NCBI GenBank assembly: GCA_963716725.1
Contig: CAVQUB010000015.1
Span: forward strand, 384,001-448,000
Length of the DNA stretch: 64,000 nucleotides
Direction: 5' to 3'
From: an uncultured delta proteobacterium
GTDB lineage: Bacteria; Myxococcota_A; Polyangia; Polyangiales; Polyangiaceae
Shown here: piece by piece, positions 39,647 to 48,637 of the stretch
Position numbering within the stretch: the first letter of the stretch is position 1
Layout of the letters: each line of letters begins with the position of its first letter
Program-made: the position numbers and the translations under genes
The notes under the pieces: model-generated
Seen by the model: only the letters and a program-made list of their open reading frames with translations
The model's database searches: none
Told to the model about the DNA's origin: nothing

Positions 39647-41229
39647 TCGCGGAAGAGTACCGCGTACTCATCGCGACGAAACTCCCGGGCCAGGCTGGCG
39701 ACGGAACGGACGTAGTGATCGGGGCGTTCAGTGAAAAAACCGCCGTGATCGAGCTCGAAAATGAAGTTTACCGCGTCCCCGCGCCGCGCTGCGGCCACCG
39801 CCTTGGGGTAGCGACGCATCAGCATGTCGACGTAGTCGAGGGCTCCGTGCTCCGGAGCTTCGTAGCTGCGGAAGCGGGCCCGCACGCGCAGGGTCTTGTC
39901 TTTGGTCTCTTCCCAGGTCCACCAATTCGCGGTGCCACCGTCGGGAGCACGCCCTTTCAGGCCGGCGTAGTTGAAGTCGACCATCCAGCGACCGCGTCCG
40001 GTCTCGAGAGCCCACTGTGCCCAGAGCACGCTGATGACTTCTTCAGTCGCCTGTTCGTTTGTGAGGTGTTCCCACGCCTGAGCCAAGTAGCGCGTGGCGT
40101 TGTTGGCGGACATGGGCGTGGGACGGCGCGGGCGATCGATGCGCTTCGGCTTTGGTGCGGGGCGCTGGCGCGCGGCGCTGGGTCGGAGAGTGGGCGGCGG
40201 CGCTGCGACGGGAGGCGGCGGCGCAACAACCGGAGGCGGCCGCGGCGGTGCGGCGGCGGGAGGCGGAGGCGGCGGCGCAACAACCGGAGGCGGCGGCGGC
40301 GGTGCGGCGGCGGGAGGCGGCGGCGGCGACGCAACAACGCGAGGCGGCGGCGGCGGCGCAACCACCCGAGGCGGCGGCGGCGGGGCTGGCGGCGCAACGG
40401 CCGGAGGCGGCGGCGGCGCAACCACGCGAGGCGGTGGCGGCGCAACCACGCGAGGCGGTGGCGGCGGAGCTGGCGGCGCAACAACCGGAGGCGGCCGCGG
40501 CGCAACAACCGGAGGCGGCGCGGTCCTGGACGGAGGAGGCAGTTTCGCGGCGACTGCGGGGGCCGGCGCCGTCAGTGGCGCGGATTCGGCCGAGCGCGGC
40601 GGCGCGGGAGCAGACGCGAGGGGCGTTGGATCCGAGGGGCGTGCGATGCTGGCAGGCACGACGTCGTCGAGCAGCTGCGGCGGGCGGCGCGCGGCGACGA
40701 TCCCAGGCGTGGGCTCGGTCTGCGCGACCGCGTTGGGGATGGTGAGCGAGGCCGGGATCGTCGCGGGTCGCGCTGCGGCGTGCGGCGGCGGGTCGGGGCG
40801 CGCAGGTGCCCGCTGCAGCTGCGGCTCCGCGGCCTTCGCCGCTGCGAGGGAGGCGCGCGACTTGGGCGCGGGCGCTTGGGCGACCATCGGTGGTTCGGGC
40901 GACGGCCTGGGTGCGCTGCGCGCGATCACCACCAATGCGTGCCGAGCCATGGCCGGGAAGCGAAGACCACGGCGGAGCACCAGCTTGGGCATGGGCTGCG
41001 GCTCGTCCGTCGCCAGGCTCGGGGTGGGTTCGGGGCCGAGCAGCGTGGTGACCCAAGAGGGCTCGGACTTTTTCGCGGCGGACTCGCCACTGCAAGCGTG
41101 CGCAAAGAGCCCGACGCTGAGCGCGCAGACGCCGAGGCTCGGACCCACGTCGACCGCACATGAGCGCACGCGCGCCCAGAATCCAGGACGTCGCGAGGGC
41201 GGGGGCCAGCTCAGGGATCGAACGCGCAC
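39643..41229 (-). CDS. Pro-rich protein with C-terminal GH73/FlgJ-like glucosaminidase domain (start uncertain)
   Basis: AQWALETGRG...FNYAGLKG...TWE...RARFRSY...DY, after a long PPPPVVA linker. Confidence 0.7.
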   Translation of the reverse strand: MRVRSLSWPPPSRRPGFWARVRSCAVDVGPSLGVCALSVGLFAHACSGESAAKKSEPSWVTTLLGPEPTPSLATDEPQPMPKLVLRRGLRFPAMARHALVVIARSAPRPSPEPPMVAQAPAPKSRASLAAAKAAEPQLQRAPARPDPPPHAAARPATIPASLTIPNAVAQTEPTPGIVAARRPPQLLDDVVPASIARPSDPTPLASAPAPPRSAESAPLTAPAPAVAAKLPPPSRTAPPPVVAPRPPPVVAPPAPPPPPRVVAPPPPRVVAPPPPPAVAPPAPPPPPRVVAPPPPPRVVASPPPPPAAAPPPPPPVVAPPPPPPAAAPPRPPPVVAPPPPVAAPPPTLRPSAARQRPAPKPKRIDRPRRPTPMSANNATRYLAQAWEHLTNEQATEEVISVLWAQWALETGRGRWMVDFNYAGLKGRAPDGGTANWWTWEETKDKTLRVRARFRSYEAPEHGALDYVDMLMRRYPKAVAAARRGDAVNFIFELDHGGFFTERPDHYVRSVASLAREFRRDEYAVLFRE

Positions 41230-41283
41230 GAGTGTCCGACATTGAACATGGACCGAGTGAGTTCGGCCAAGTCTGCGCGACGC

Positions 41284-41967
41284 TCAACGCGAGCACTGGT
41301 CTGGCGACGTGAAGCGTTCACAGACCCCGTTCTCCCACCACTTGCAGCACACCTTCCGTACTTTTGCGGCGGCAACCGAACGTTGTGCGTCGTCTGCGGC
41401 CCGCTCGCCCAGCGCGATGCAAGCGCCAAGCTCGTTGCGGGACGTGCACCGGTGTTCGAGCAGGGCCCGCGCCCGGTCCCTGCTTGGCTCGACGGCAAAT
41501 GGCGTCGCGCCGGGGGTCTGACAGCTCACCAGAGCAGTGCCGACGACGCAGCCGCGCCCGGCCTCGTAGGCTTCGACCACGGCGGCACATGGGCCCTCGC
41601 TCCTGGCGGCGTCGGGATCGGCGGCGAGGGGACCCTGGACCATGCAGGCGGCGTGGGCCCGCGCCAAGACGTTGGATGCGAGCCATCCGCGGCTGGCCAG
41701 TGCGACGACGTAGTACAAGCCGACCGACGCCGCAGTGACGCCGAGCCCGAGCAAGAGACCGCTCGGCTTCAGTCTCGACTTCCAGAAGTAGATGGGGGCG
41801 ATCAACGGGCCGAGCAACACCGTCGCCAGGGTCGACAGGGCGACGCTCGGTCCTGATTCGCCCGGCGCGCGGCGAGAGCGCATGAAGCGAGCCTCGACCA
41901 GGTACGAGACCGACAGCGCCGAGAACATCACCAGCCACGGGACGACGACTGGAACGAACTCGCGCAC
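41284..41967 (-). CDS. Hypothetical membrane protein with a Cys-containing Sel1-like C-terminus
   Basis: Three N-terminal TM segments and YEAGRG..RDRARALLEHRC..GACIALG. Confidence 0.55.
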   Translation of the reverse strand: MREFVPVVVPWLVMFSALSVSYLVEARFMRSRRAPGESGPSVALSTLATVLLGPLIAPIYFWKSRLKPSGLLLGLGVTAASVGLYYVVALASRGWLASNVLARAHAACMVQGPLAADPDAARSEGPCAAVVEAYEAGRGCVVGTALVSCQTPGATPFAVEPSRDRARALLEHRCTSRNELGACIALGERAADDAQRSVAAAKVRKVCCKWWENGVCERFTSPDQCSR

Positions 41968-42014
41968 GGGGCGGAGTATGCCGGGCCCCGCGGGGGACGT
42001 GCTAGGACTTTGCC

Positions 42015-43175
42015 GTGAGCGAATCACCCGCGCGCCCGTCACCCGCGCGCCCGCCGCTGTGGAAACGCGCGGCGGTGTTGCTGCTGTGCTTGCTCGCGAC
42101 GGCCAGCGTGGTCCCCCGCCATGTCGCGGGCCGGGGAGCGCGCGCGCTGTTTCGGGGAGATCTCAGCGAGCAGGACGCGCTCGCGCGGCGAGTGGTCCGC
42201 AGCGTGATGCAGCAAGAAGATCTGCTGTTTTATCGCACCGGGCAGAGTCGATTCGACGGGCAGAGCGCCATCGCCATCTACCAGATGACGCTGCTGGGGC
42301 TCGGGCAGATCGTGCTCGACCATCCCGAGAAGAAGCCGGACTACCTGCCCGCCATGCAGCGGGCCGCCAATCGGCTCGCGGATCCTCGCACACTCGCCTA
42401 CGCGGCGCAGGTCTACGGCGCTCACGGGGTGTCGCGTATGCGTGACGGCGAAGGGCACGCCTACCTGGGCTACGTGAACCTCGGGCTCAGTATGCTGCGG
42501 GCGGTCGAGCCCGACACGCGCCACGCGGCGCTCAACGACCGCATCACCGACGAGCTGGCTCGACGGGTGTTCGCCGCACCCACGGGCATGACCGAGACCT
42601 ATCCGGGTGAGACGTGGCCTCCGGACGTGGCCGCTGTCGTCGGATCCATCGGGCTGCACGCGCGAGCCACCGGCCGGGATCGCTCCGCCGAGTTGGAAGC
42701 GTGGGCGACCCGCTTCTCGAAGTGCGCGGTCCACGTCTCGGGCTACTTGGTGCAGCGCTCACGGAGCGGGACCTGCATTCCGCTCGACGCCCCGCGTGGC
42801 TCGGGCACCGCGGTGGGCGCCTATTTCCTCAGCTTTGCCCACCGTGGGCTGTCGTCGCGGCTTGCGACGGCCGTCGTGGGCAGGGGGCGCCGCTCGCTCT
42901 TCGGCTTCGGCGCGATCCGAGAGTACGCCGACGGATTCGAGGGCAAGGGCGACGGGAACGCCGGCCCTATCGTGCTCGGAGTATCGGTGGGCGCGACGGG
43001 GTTCGGCATCGGCGCTGCGCGTGCCCACGGCCACGCCGACTCGTTCGTCGAACTCGCACGCACCGCGTCGCTCTTCGGTGTCTCGGTTTCGCCCGGGGAT
43101 GAGCGCGGTTTTGCCATTGGAGGTGCGCTCGGAAACGCTCTGCTCTTGGCCATGCTCACGGCGAGGCCCGGATGA
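42015..43175 (+). CDS. Hypothetical protein, possibly linalool dehydratase/isomerase-like alpha/alpha barrel
   Basis: AYLGYVNLGL, TETYPGETWPPD, PRGSG, IREY and D..AGP..GVS..ATGF motifs resemble that family from memory. Confidence 0.55.
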   Translation: MSESPARPSPARPPLWKRAAVLLLCLLATASVVPRHVAGRGARALFRGDLSEQDALARRVVRSVMQQEDLLFYRTGQSRFDGQSAIAIYQMTLLGLGQIVLDHPEKKPDYLPAMQRAANRLADPRTLAYAAQVYGAHGVSRMRDGEGHAYLGYVNLGLSMLRAVEPDTRHAALNDRITDELARRVFAAPTGMTETYPGETWPPDVAAVVGSIGLHARATGRDRSAELEAWATRFSKCAVHVSGYLVQRSRSGTCIPLDAPRGSGTAVGAYFLSFAHRGLSSRLATAVVGRGRRSLFGFGAIREYADGFEGKGDGNAGPIVLGVSVGATGFGIGAARAHGHADSFVELARTASLFGVSVSPGDERGFAIGGALGNALLLAMLTARPG

Positions 43176-43432
43176 AACGCGCGCTTTGGGTCGGTGTGGC
43201 CTGCGTTGTGTTGATCGTGAGCGACCAGATCTTCGCGCGCGTGCTCGCTTCGCGTGAGCCGCTGCAGGCCATCCTCACGGGGCAGTTCTGGGTCGGTCTG
43301 CTCGCGGTGGCCGCACTCGGGCTGCGGCTCGTGGTCTGTTGGGCGCTGCCGGCTTGGTTGGCGGCGAGCGCGATTGAAGGTGTGCTCCGCTGGCGCGAGC
43401 GCGGACGTTCAGCGCCGGCACGCCCGCGCTGA
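43172..43432 (+). CDS. Small membrane protein
   Basis: ATGA overlap with the upstream gene and two hydrophobic segments. Confidence 0.6.
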   Translation: MKRALWVGVACVVLIVSDQIFARVLASREPLQAILTGQFWVGLLAVAALGLRLVVCWALPAWLAASAIEGVLRWRERGRSAPARPR

Positions 43433-43441
43433 GCTCGACCG

Positions 43442-44116
43442 TCACGACAGGCGGTCGAGGCGCGACAGATGGTGGTGGTCCCCGAGCAGGGCCAAGACGT
43501 CTTTGTCACGTAGCCTCTCGTCGGCGCTGGGAGAGACCTTGGTTTGCTGGCCATCGTCGTCGTCGGCACCCCGCTGGATGGCGATCAGCGTCAGTCCGAA
43601 GCGAGGGCGCAATTCCAGCTCGCGGAGCGTCTTGCCCACGAAGGACTTGGGGCAAGAAACTTCCACGATCGAGTAGTCGCGTGACAGCTCGATGTAGTCG
43701 AGGACATTGGGCACGAGCAGGCTGCGCGCCACTCGCACCGCCATGTCGTGTTCGGGATAGACCACGCGGGTCACCCCCAACTTCTGCAAGATTTTGCCGT
43801 GCAGCGGCGTGGCCGCCTTGGCGATGATCTCGCGAATGCCGAACTCCGCGAGCTGCATCACGATCAGCACGCTGGACTCGATGTTCTCACCGATCGACAC
43901 GACCGCTACGTCGGCGTCCTGGACCCCTGCGGCCTTCAGCGCGCGCTCGTCGACGGCGTCGAGCACGACGGTCTGACTGAGCGTGTCCGCCAAGTCGGCG
44001 ACGCGCCCCTCGGAATTGTCGATGCCGATGACCTCTTGCCCCAGCTCCATCAGAGTTGTCGCCATGGCCGTCCCGAAACGGCCGAGCCCGATCACCACAA
44101 AGGTACGATGGTCCAT
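43442..44116 (-). CDS. ktrA: Potassium uptake NAD-binding subunit (KtrA/TrkA)
   Basis: VIGLGRFG, IIAKA, VVYPEHDMA and a C-terminal RCK_C domain. Confidence 0.93.
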   Translation of the reverse strand: MDHRTFVVIGLGRFGTAMATTLMELGQEVIGIDNSEGRVADLADTLSQTVVLDAVDERALKAAGVQDADVAVVSIGENIESSVLIVMQLAEFGIREIIAKAATPLHGKILQKLGVTRVVYPEHDMAVRVARSLLVPNVLDYIELSRDYSIVEVSCPKSFVGKTLRELELRPRFGLTLIAIQRGADDDDGQQTKVSPSADERLRDKDVLALLGDHHHLSRLDRLS

Positions 44117-44120
44117 GAAT

Positions 44121-45461
44121 TCATCCGATCAGAACCCGGCCCTCGGGGTAGCGCAGTCGTGCTCGCTCGCGACGGGCCGCGAAGGCGATCGCGACGGTGA
44201 GGGGACCCACGCGGCCGACGAACATCATGACTATCACGAGCAGTTTGCCCGCGGGAGAGAACTGCCCGGCCAGGCTCAGCACGCTGCCCGAGTGGCCCAT
44301 CGACAACCCGGCGGTGCTGAGCGCCGACGTCGTTTCGAACAAGGTCTCCAACAGACCCCGGCCCTCGATCATCAGAGTCACGATTGCAGCGCAGTTCAGT
44401 GCCAGGAAAGCGATGAAGGAAATCAGGAACGCCTTGAACACGACTTCGAGGCCGATCCGGCGTTTGAAGACCGTCGGTTCTCGGTCGCCGCGCACAGTTG
44501 CCCACAGCGCGAGCACCGTCACCCCGAAGGTGGTGGTCTTTACGCCACCACCGGTTCCTCCGGGCGACGCTCCCACGAACATCAGCGCCATGATCACGAA
44601 CAGGCTCGGAATGGTCAGACCGGCCATGTCCAGTGTGTTGAAGCCTGCGGTGCGTGGCGTGACAGACTGGAACCAGGCCGCCAGCAATTTGGTCTGGAGC
44701 GGGAGCGGTCCCAGCGTCTTTGGGTTCGACCACTCCAACAGCAAGATGGCCAGCATGCCGCCGAGCAACAGCGCTGCGGTGACGACTAGGGTGAGGCGAG
44801 TGTGCAGCATGAGGCGATCCCAGCGCTTGCGCGAGCGGAGCTCCCGCAGCACCAAGAAGCCGAGACCTCCGAGTATGACGAGCGCGGTCATCACCAGGTT
44901 GACGCTCGGATCCGACCGGTAAGACACGAGATTATCCGAAAACAGCGCGAATCCGGCGTTGTTGAAGGCCGAGACGGCGTGAAAGATGCCGTACCAAGCC
45001 GCCCGTGGCAGCCCGAACTCGCTCGTCCAGCGCGCGGTCAGGATGCTCGCGCCGACCAGCTCCACCACCATCGTCGTCTTGAACACGACGAGAACGAAAC
45101 GAACGAGGTCGTGCCTCGAGTCGAGGTTCAGTGATTCTTGGACCGTGATGCGCTCCTGCAAGCTGAGCTTTCTACCCAGCGCCACCGCCAGAGCCGTGGA
45201 CAACGTCATGTAGCCGAGTCCCCCAGCTTGAATCAGCAACATGATGATCAGCTGCCCGGTCGGCGAGAAGTCCACCGGCGTGTCCTTGACGATCAGGCCG
45301 GTGACGCATACCGCCGAGGTGGAAGTGAAGAACGCGTCCAAAGTCCCCACGAATTTTCCTGGGGCGGCGCTCATGGGTAGGCGCAGGAGCGCGCCGCCCA
45401 AGGCAATCAGAGCCAGAAACGAGACAGCCAGAAACTGCGGCGGGGAGAGCTTTCGCGGCAT
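44121..45461 (-). CDS. ktrB: Potassium uptake membrane subunit (KtrB/TrkH)
   Basis: FTSTSAVCVTGL, SAFNNAGF, FQSVTPRTAGF, GASPGGTGGGVKTTT and MFVGRVGPLT. Confidence 0.95.
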   Translation of the reverse strand: MPRKLSPPQFLAVSFLALIALGGALLRLPMSAAPGKFVGTLDAFFTSTSAVCVTGLIVKDTPVDFSPTGQLIIMLLIQAGGLGYMTLSTALAVALGRKLSLQERITVQESLNLDSRHDLVRFVLVVFKTTMVVELVGASILTARWTSEFGLPRAAWYGIFHAVSAFNNAGFALFSDNLVSYRSDPSVNLVMTALVILGGLGFLVLRELRSRKRWDRLMLHTRLTLVVTAALLLGGMLAILLLEWSNPKTLGPLPLQTKLLAAWFQSVTPRTAGFNTLDMAGLTIPSLFVIMALMFVGASPGGTGGGVKTTTFGVTVLALWATVRGDREPTVFKRRIGLEVVFKAFLISFIAFLALNCAAIVTLMIEGRGLLETLFETTSALSTAGLSMGHSGSVLSLAGQFSPAGKLLVIVMMFVGRVGPLTVAIAFAARRERARLRYPEGRVLIG

Positions 45462-45572
45462 GCGCTCGTGGCGGCGATGGTAGTTCCTTGGCGCACGCGC
45501 CACCAGAGTTCGGCCTGGAGCTGGCCAAAGCAGTGACTGGGGGCCGCTTCGGATCCGGTGTATGGCCGGGTC

Positions 45573-47345
45573 ATGGGGCTTTTCGATCGCTTCACCCGCA
45601 AGCCGACTGCGCCGCCGCCCCCGCTCGCTCCGCTCGTCGCGCTGCCAGTCTCCGCACAGATCGCCAGCTTCGACGTCACTGACGCCGTGGGCACCTTGGT
45701 GCTGGACGCATCGACGCGCTTGCGCTTCGGTCGTTCGGCCTGCCACGGATTCGAGCCGGTGGTGGGAGCGAAGGTCAGCGTCCGAGAGGTGGAGCCCAGT
45801 CGCTTCGGGCCGCGAGCAACCCGGCTGGAGCTCGACCCAGACGACGCGGACTATGATCGTCTCCTGCGCGAGCGCGACGCGAAGGCGGGCATTCACCCAG
45901 AAGAGCAGCCGGAAGACGCCGCGGCGGCAGCCCGGGCGCTCGCCTGGATCACGATCCTATTGGATCGTCCAGTTCCGCAGGGACCGCAGGCTCAACGCGC
46001 CTGGGTGGGCGAGATCGGCCTCGAAGAGCCGGGTCTCGAAATCAAGACCGACGCACGTCTCGGGTTCCGCTTGCTCGGACACGATTTCCTGACTCACGTG
46101 AGCGATCAGGGGTTTCCTCGAGCCGATCTCGATCTGCGCGACGTGGGCGACGACTTCGACCTCGGCGCGGGCTTCGTCGCGCTGGGGCTCGGAGAGCCGG
46201 GCATGTTCCGCGCATCACGCGCCCTCGGAGACCTGCCCGACGTGTGGGCGCCCAAGGGGGCGCTCCGCGCGCTGTCGAAGCTCGCGGCGACGCTGGTGCA
46301 GCACGGCCGCGGCGTCGTCCTGCACCGCGCCGGCAACTTGGTGGTCGGCAAGAGCGACTTCCTCCGGCAGATCGGCGATCTCGACGATCCAGAGTGCATT
46401 CCCTTCTCTGCCTGGCTCGACTTCACCATCGAGGGCGCGACTCCGGTGTACCGCAGCTGGGGCATGGACGCCTTCGCGTTTCCCGACGTCGAGGTGGCCG
46501 TAGATCCGGGTGACAGCTGGCAACGCTCGCGGCGTCACGAGGCGGTGATTGTCGCGTGCGCACGCATGGTGCGCGAGAACCGCGAGCTTGCAGTGGGCGA
46601 TGAGCTGGCGGTGCCCATCGGCGTGCGAGTGGGCGCCTACCCGGTCGCGAGCGCCGAGGGCGACGTCGAACGCTACCGGGTGAGCGGCGCAGCGGGCCGA
46701 ATCGAGCTCACGGCGTCGGGGCCGGCCATCGATCCCGCCGAACGCTGGGCCAGGGCTTCCGCGCCGGAAGGGCGGGATCCGTCGCTGATCGCGCCCAACA
46801 CCTATCGCGCGCTCTTCAGCGGACGATTCTCGGAGGCGTACCCGAGCGAAGTCGTGGCCGATGTGCCGTGCATCGCCGAGGGAGTCGTCCCGCATTCCAT
46901 CGAAGTGCGACGTCCACGCGCCGATCCGGGCTTCGTGATCCTGACGGCGGGGCTCGGCCGGCAGGCGCAAGCCGGCGGTGACGCCGTTGGTTTTCCCCAC
47001 GTGGAGCTGGCGGCCTGGGTCGATGACCACTCCTTCGAGCTGGTCACTTGGGTGGGGCGGCTGGCCCGGACCCTGCACGGTCGCGGATCCGATGCGAAGC
47101 CGTGGAAGACCGGCGACACCCTGCGCGCGCCCATCGCGGAGCTCGACATCGGCGGTTTCGTCCTGGCAGAAGGCGGGTTTGTGGTGATGCCGAAGGGCCA
47201 GCCGGTCACGGTGCTGTCGCTGGTGCCGCTCGCGCCTGCCGAATACGACGAGGCGGCGGGCGCGGGCTCGGAGTGGCTCGAGAAGCACTGGCACGATCCG
47301 GAGGTGCGTTCCCGCGTGCGCGCCCGCTGGCAGAAGTCGACCTAG
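45573..47345 (+). CDS. Multidomain protein with C-terminal SUFU-like domain
   Basis: C-terminal FVILTAGL...HVEL...WKTGDT...GQPVTVLSLVPL..EY, and central YRSWGMDAFAFPDVEV (DUF4261-like). Confidence 0.6.
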   Translation: MGLFDRFTRKPTAPPPPLAPLVALPVSAQIASFDVTDAVGTLVLDASTRLRFGRSACHGFEPVVGAKVSVREVEPSRFGPRATRLELDPDDADYDRLLRERDAKAGIHPEEQPEDAAAAARALAWITILLDRPVPQGPQAQRAWVGEIGLEEPGLEIKTDARLGFRLLGHDFLTHVSDQGFPRADLDLRDVGDDFDLGAGFVALGLGEPGMFRASRALGDLPDVWAPKGALRALSKLAATLVQHGRGVVLHRAGNLVVGKSDFLRQIGDLDDPECIPFSAWLDFTIEGATPVYRSWGMDAFAFPDVEVAVDPGDSWQRSRRHEAVIVACARMVRENRELAVGDELAVPIGVRVGAYPVASAEGDVERYRVSGAAGRIELTASGPAIDPAERWARASAPEGRDPSLIAPNTYRALFSGRFSEAYPSEVVADVPCIAEGVVPHSIEVRRPRADPGFVILTAGLGRQAQAGGDAVGFPHVELAAWVDDHSFELVTWVGRLARTLHGRGSDAKPWKTGDTLRAPIAELDIGGFVLAEGGFVVMPKGQPVTVLSLVPLAPAEYDEAAGAGSEWLEKHWHDPEVRSRVRARWQKST

Positions 47346-47386
47346 GCGTTCGGCGTTCGGCGTTCGGCGTTCGGCGCTGGGCGCTT
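47345..47386. repeat. 7-bp tandem repeat GGCGTTC x4 plus 2 degenerate copies
   Basis: ggcgttc ggcgttc ggcgttc ggcgttc ggcgctg ggcgctt, starting at the stop codon. Confidence 0.8.
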
Positions 47387-47443
47387 ACGCTGGCTTCGCG
47401 AAGGCGGGGGCGAGATTGAGAAGAATGCTCTAACCTCGCGCTG

Positions 47444-47803
47444 ATGGCCTACCGGGACTCGGGCTCGCAGCTGCTCTCCAAGGTCCTCGAACTCGAGGCG
47501 CACCTCGACGGTCTGCGGCCGCGCATCGAAGCCCTCGAGAGCGCCGTGAGCCGACTCGAAGTGCGCGCCGCGATGGCGCCGATCCCCGGGCAACGCGACC
47601 ACGGCGGTGATCTCTCGGTAGCCGTTGCGCAGAACGAAATCCGCGACCAACACGTCGCCAAGCAGGTGGGGCATCTGGCACTACGAGTGAAGTCTCTCGA
47701 ACAACGGCTGGGCGCTGAACCGCCGCCGGCACGGGATCACGATGACCTGCGGGCGCTGGTCGACGAAGAGCTGGCCCTGGGCCCGCCGCATCGGCGGCGG
47801 TGA
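47444..47803 (+). CDS. Hypothetical coiled-coil protein
   Basis: Heptad-like LEAHLDGLRPRIEALESAVSRLE. Confidence 0.55.
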   Translation: MAYRDSGSQLLSKVLELEAHLDGLRPRIEALESAVSRLEVRAAMAPIPGQRDHGGDLSVAVAQNEIRDQHVAKQVGHLALRVKSLEQRLGAEPPPARDHDDLRALVDEELALGPPHRRR

Positions 47804-48007
47804 CACTTCAGGATCTGTCGAACAAAGGGTGATGGATGGATGGCAGCGACTGCGGCGGCGGCCATTCGTACGGGTCGCTGCGCGTCGCCGACGTGATCCA
47901 TCGGCCGGCGGGGCACGGCCCGTGCGGGAGACCGGCTCAGGTCGTCGTGGTGGTTGGGAGTGTCGAGGCGGCTGGCGTGTGGAAGGTCGGCTGCCGTCGA
48001 CGCTGCG

Positions 48008-48594
48008 TCAGCCGAGCAGCTTTGGGGCGTGCCGCAGGAGGTTGGAAGAGATGGCGTTGAGCAAGATCACGCAAGTGATCTTGGCCGCGCCGCGGACGAG
48101 CACCTGGGTGATGCCGTGATGGGTCTTCTGGTGATCCGCGTGCCGTCCTGCGCCACCAGATCGAGCGACAGGAGCCCCTTGTGCCTCAGCGACGCGAGGA
48201 TGTCGGTCATCAACTGGTCGAGCGCCTCGCCGTGGTCGACGCGAAACGACGACAGCGTGTGATGGCTCACCTTCAGGTCCCCGATGATCCAGCGATACGC
48301 ATCGTCGCTGCCGGTCAGGCGCTCGATCTCAGGCGCGCCGCCGACGGCCTGCGAAATGGCGTACAGCCAGAGCACCAGCTTCATTCGCGGTGACAGCGTC
48401 TTGCGCCCGACTGTGCCCTCCACCGCCTTCACACCGTCGAGAAACGCGCCGAGGTCCAGCGTGCCCACCACGTTCCAAAGCACGCGCGCCGGGTGCGTCG
48501 GCGCAAGCGCCTCCTCCGGCAGCTCGAATCGGATCACGCACTGGCTCCGCTGCGGCTCTTTGACTCGTGGCTTGCCACCGCGCTCGTCGTTCAT
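48008..48594 (-). pseudogene. IS1182-family transposase with large internal deletion
   Basis: N-terminal DUF772-like HPARVLW..V..LDL...LWLYA...YRWI.G...SHHTLSSFR...VAQDGTRI is joined out of frame to the C-terminal KTHHGITQVLVRGAAKITCVILLNAISSNLLR. Confidence 0.85.
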
Positions 48595-48637
48595 GCCTAC
48601 GGCACAGGAGCCAGCCGATTTCCATTTCCGGAGACTT

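Noticed and set aside
45462..45572. c-di-AMP riboswitch upstream of ktrB
   Set aside because: The intergenic region is only about 110 bp and shows no recognisable ydaO motif.
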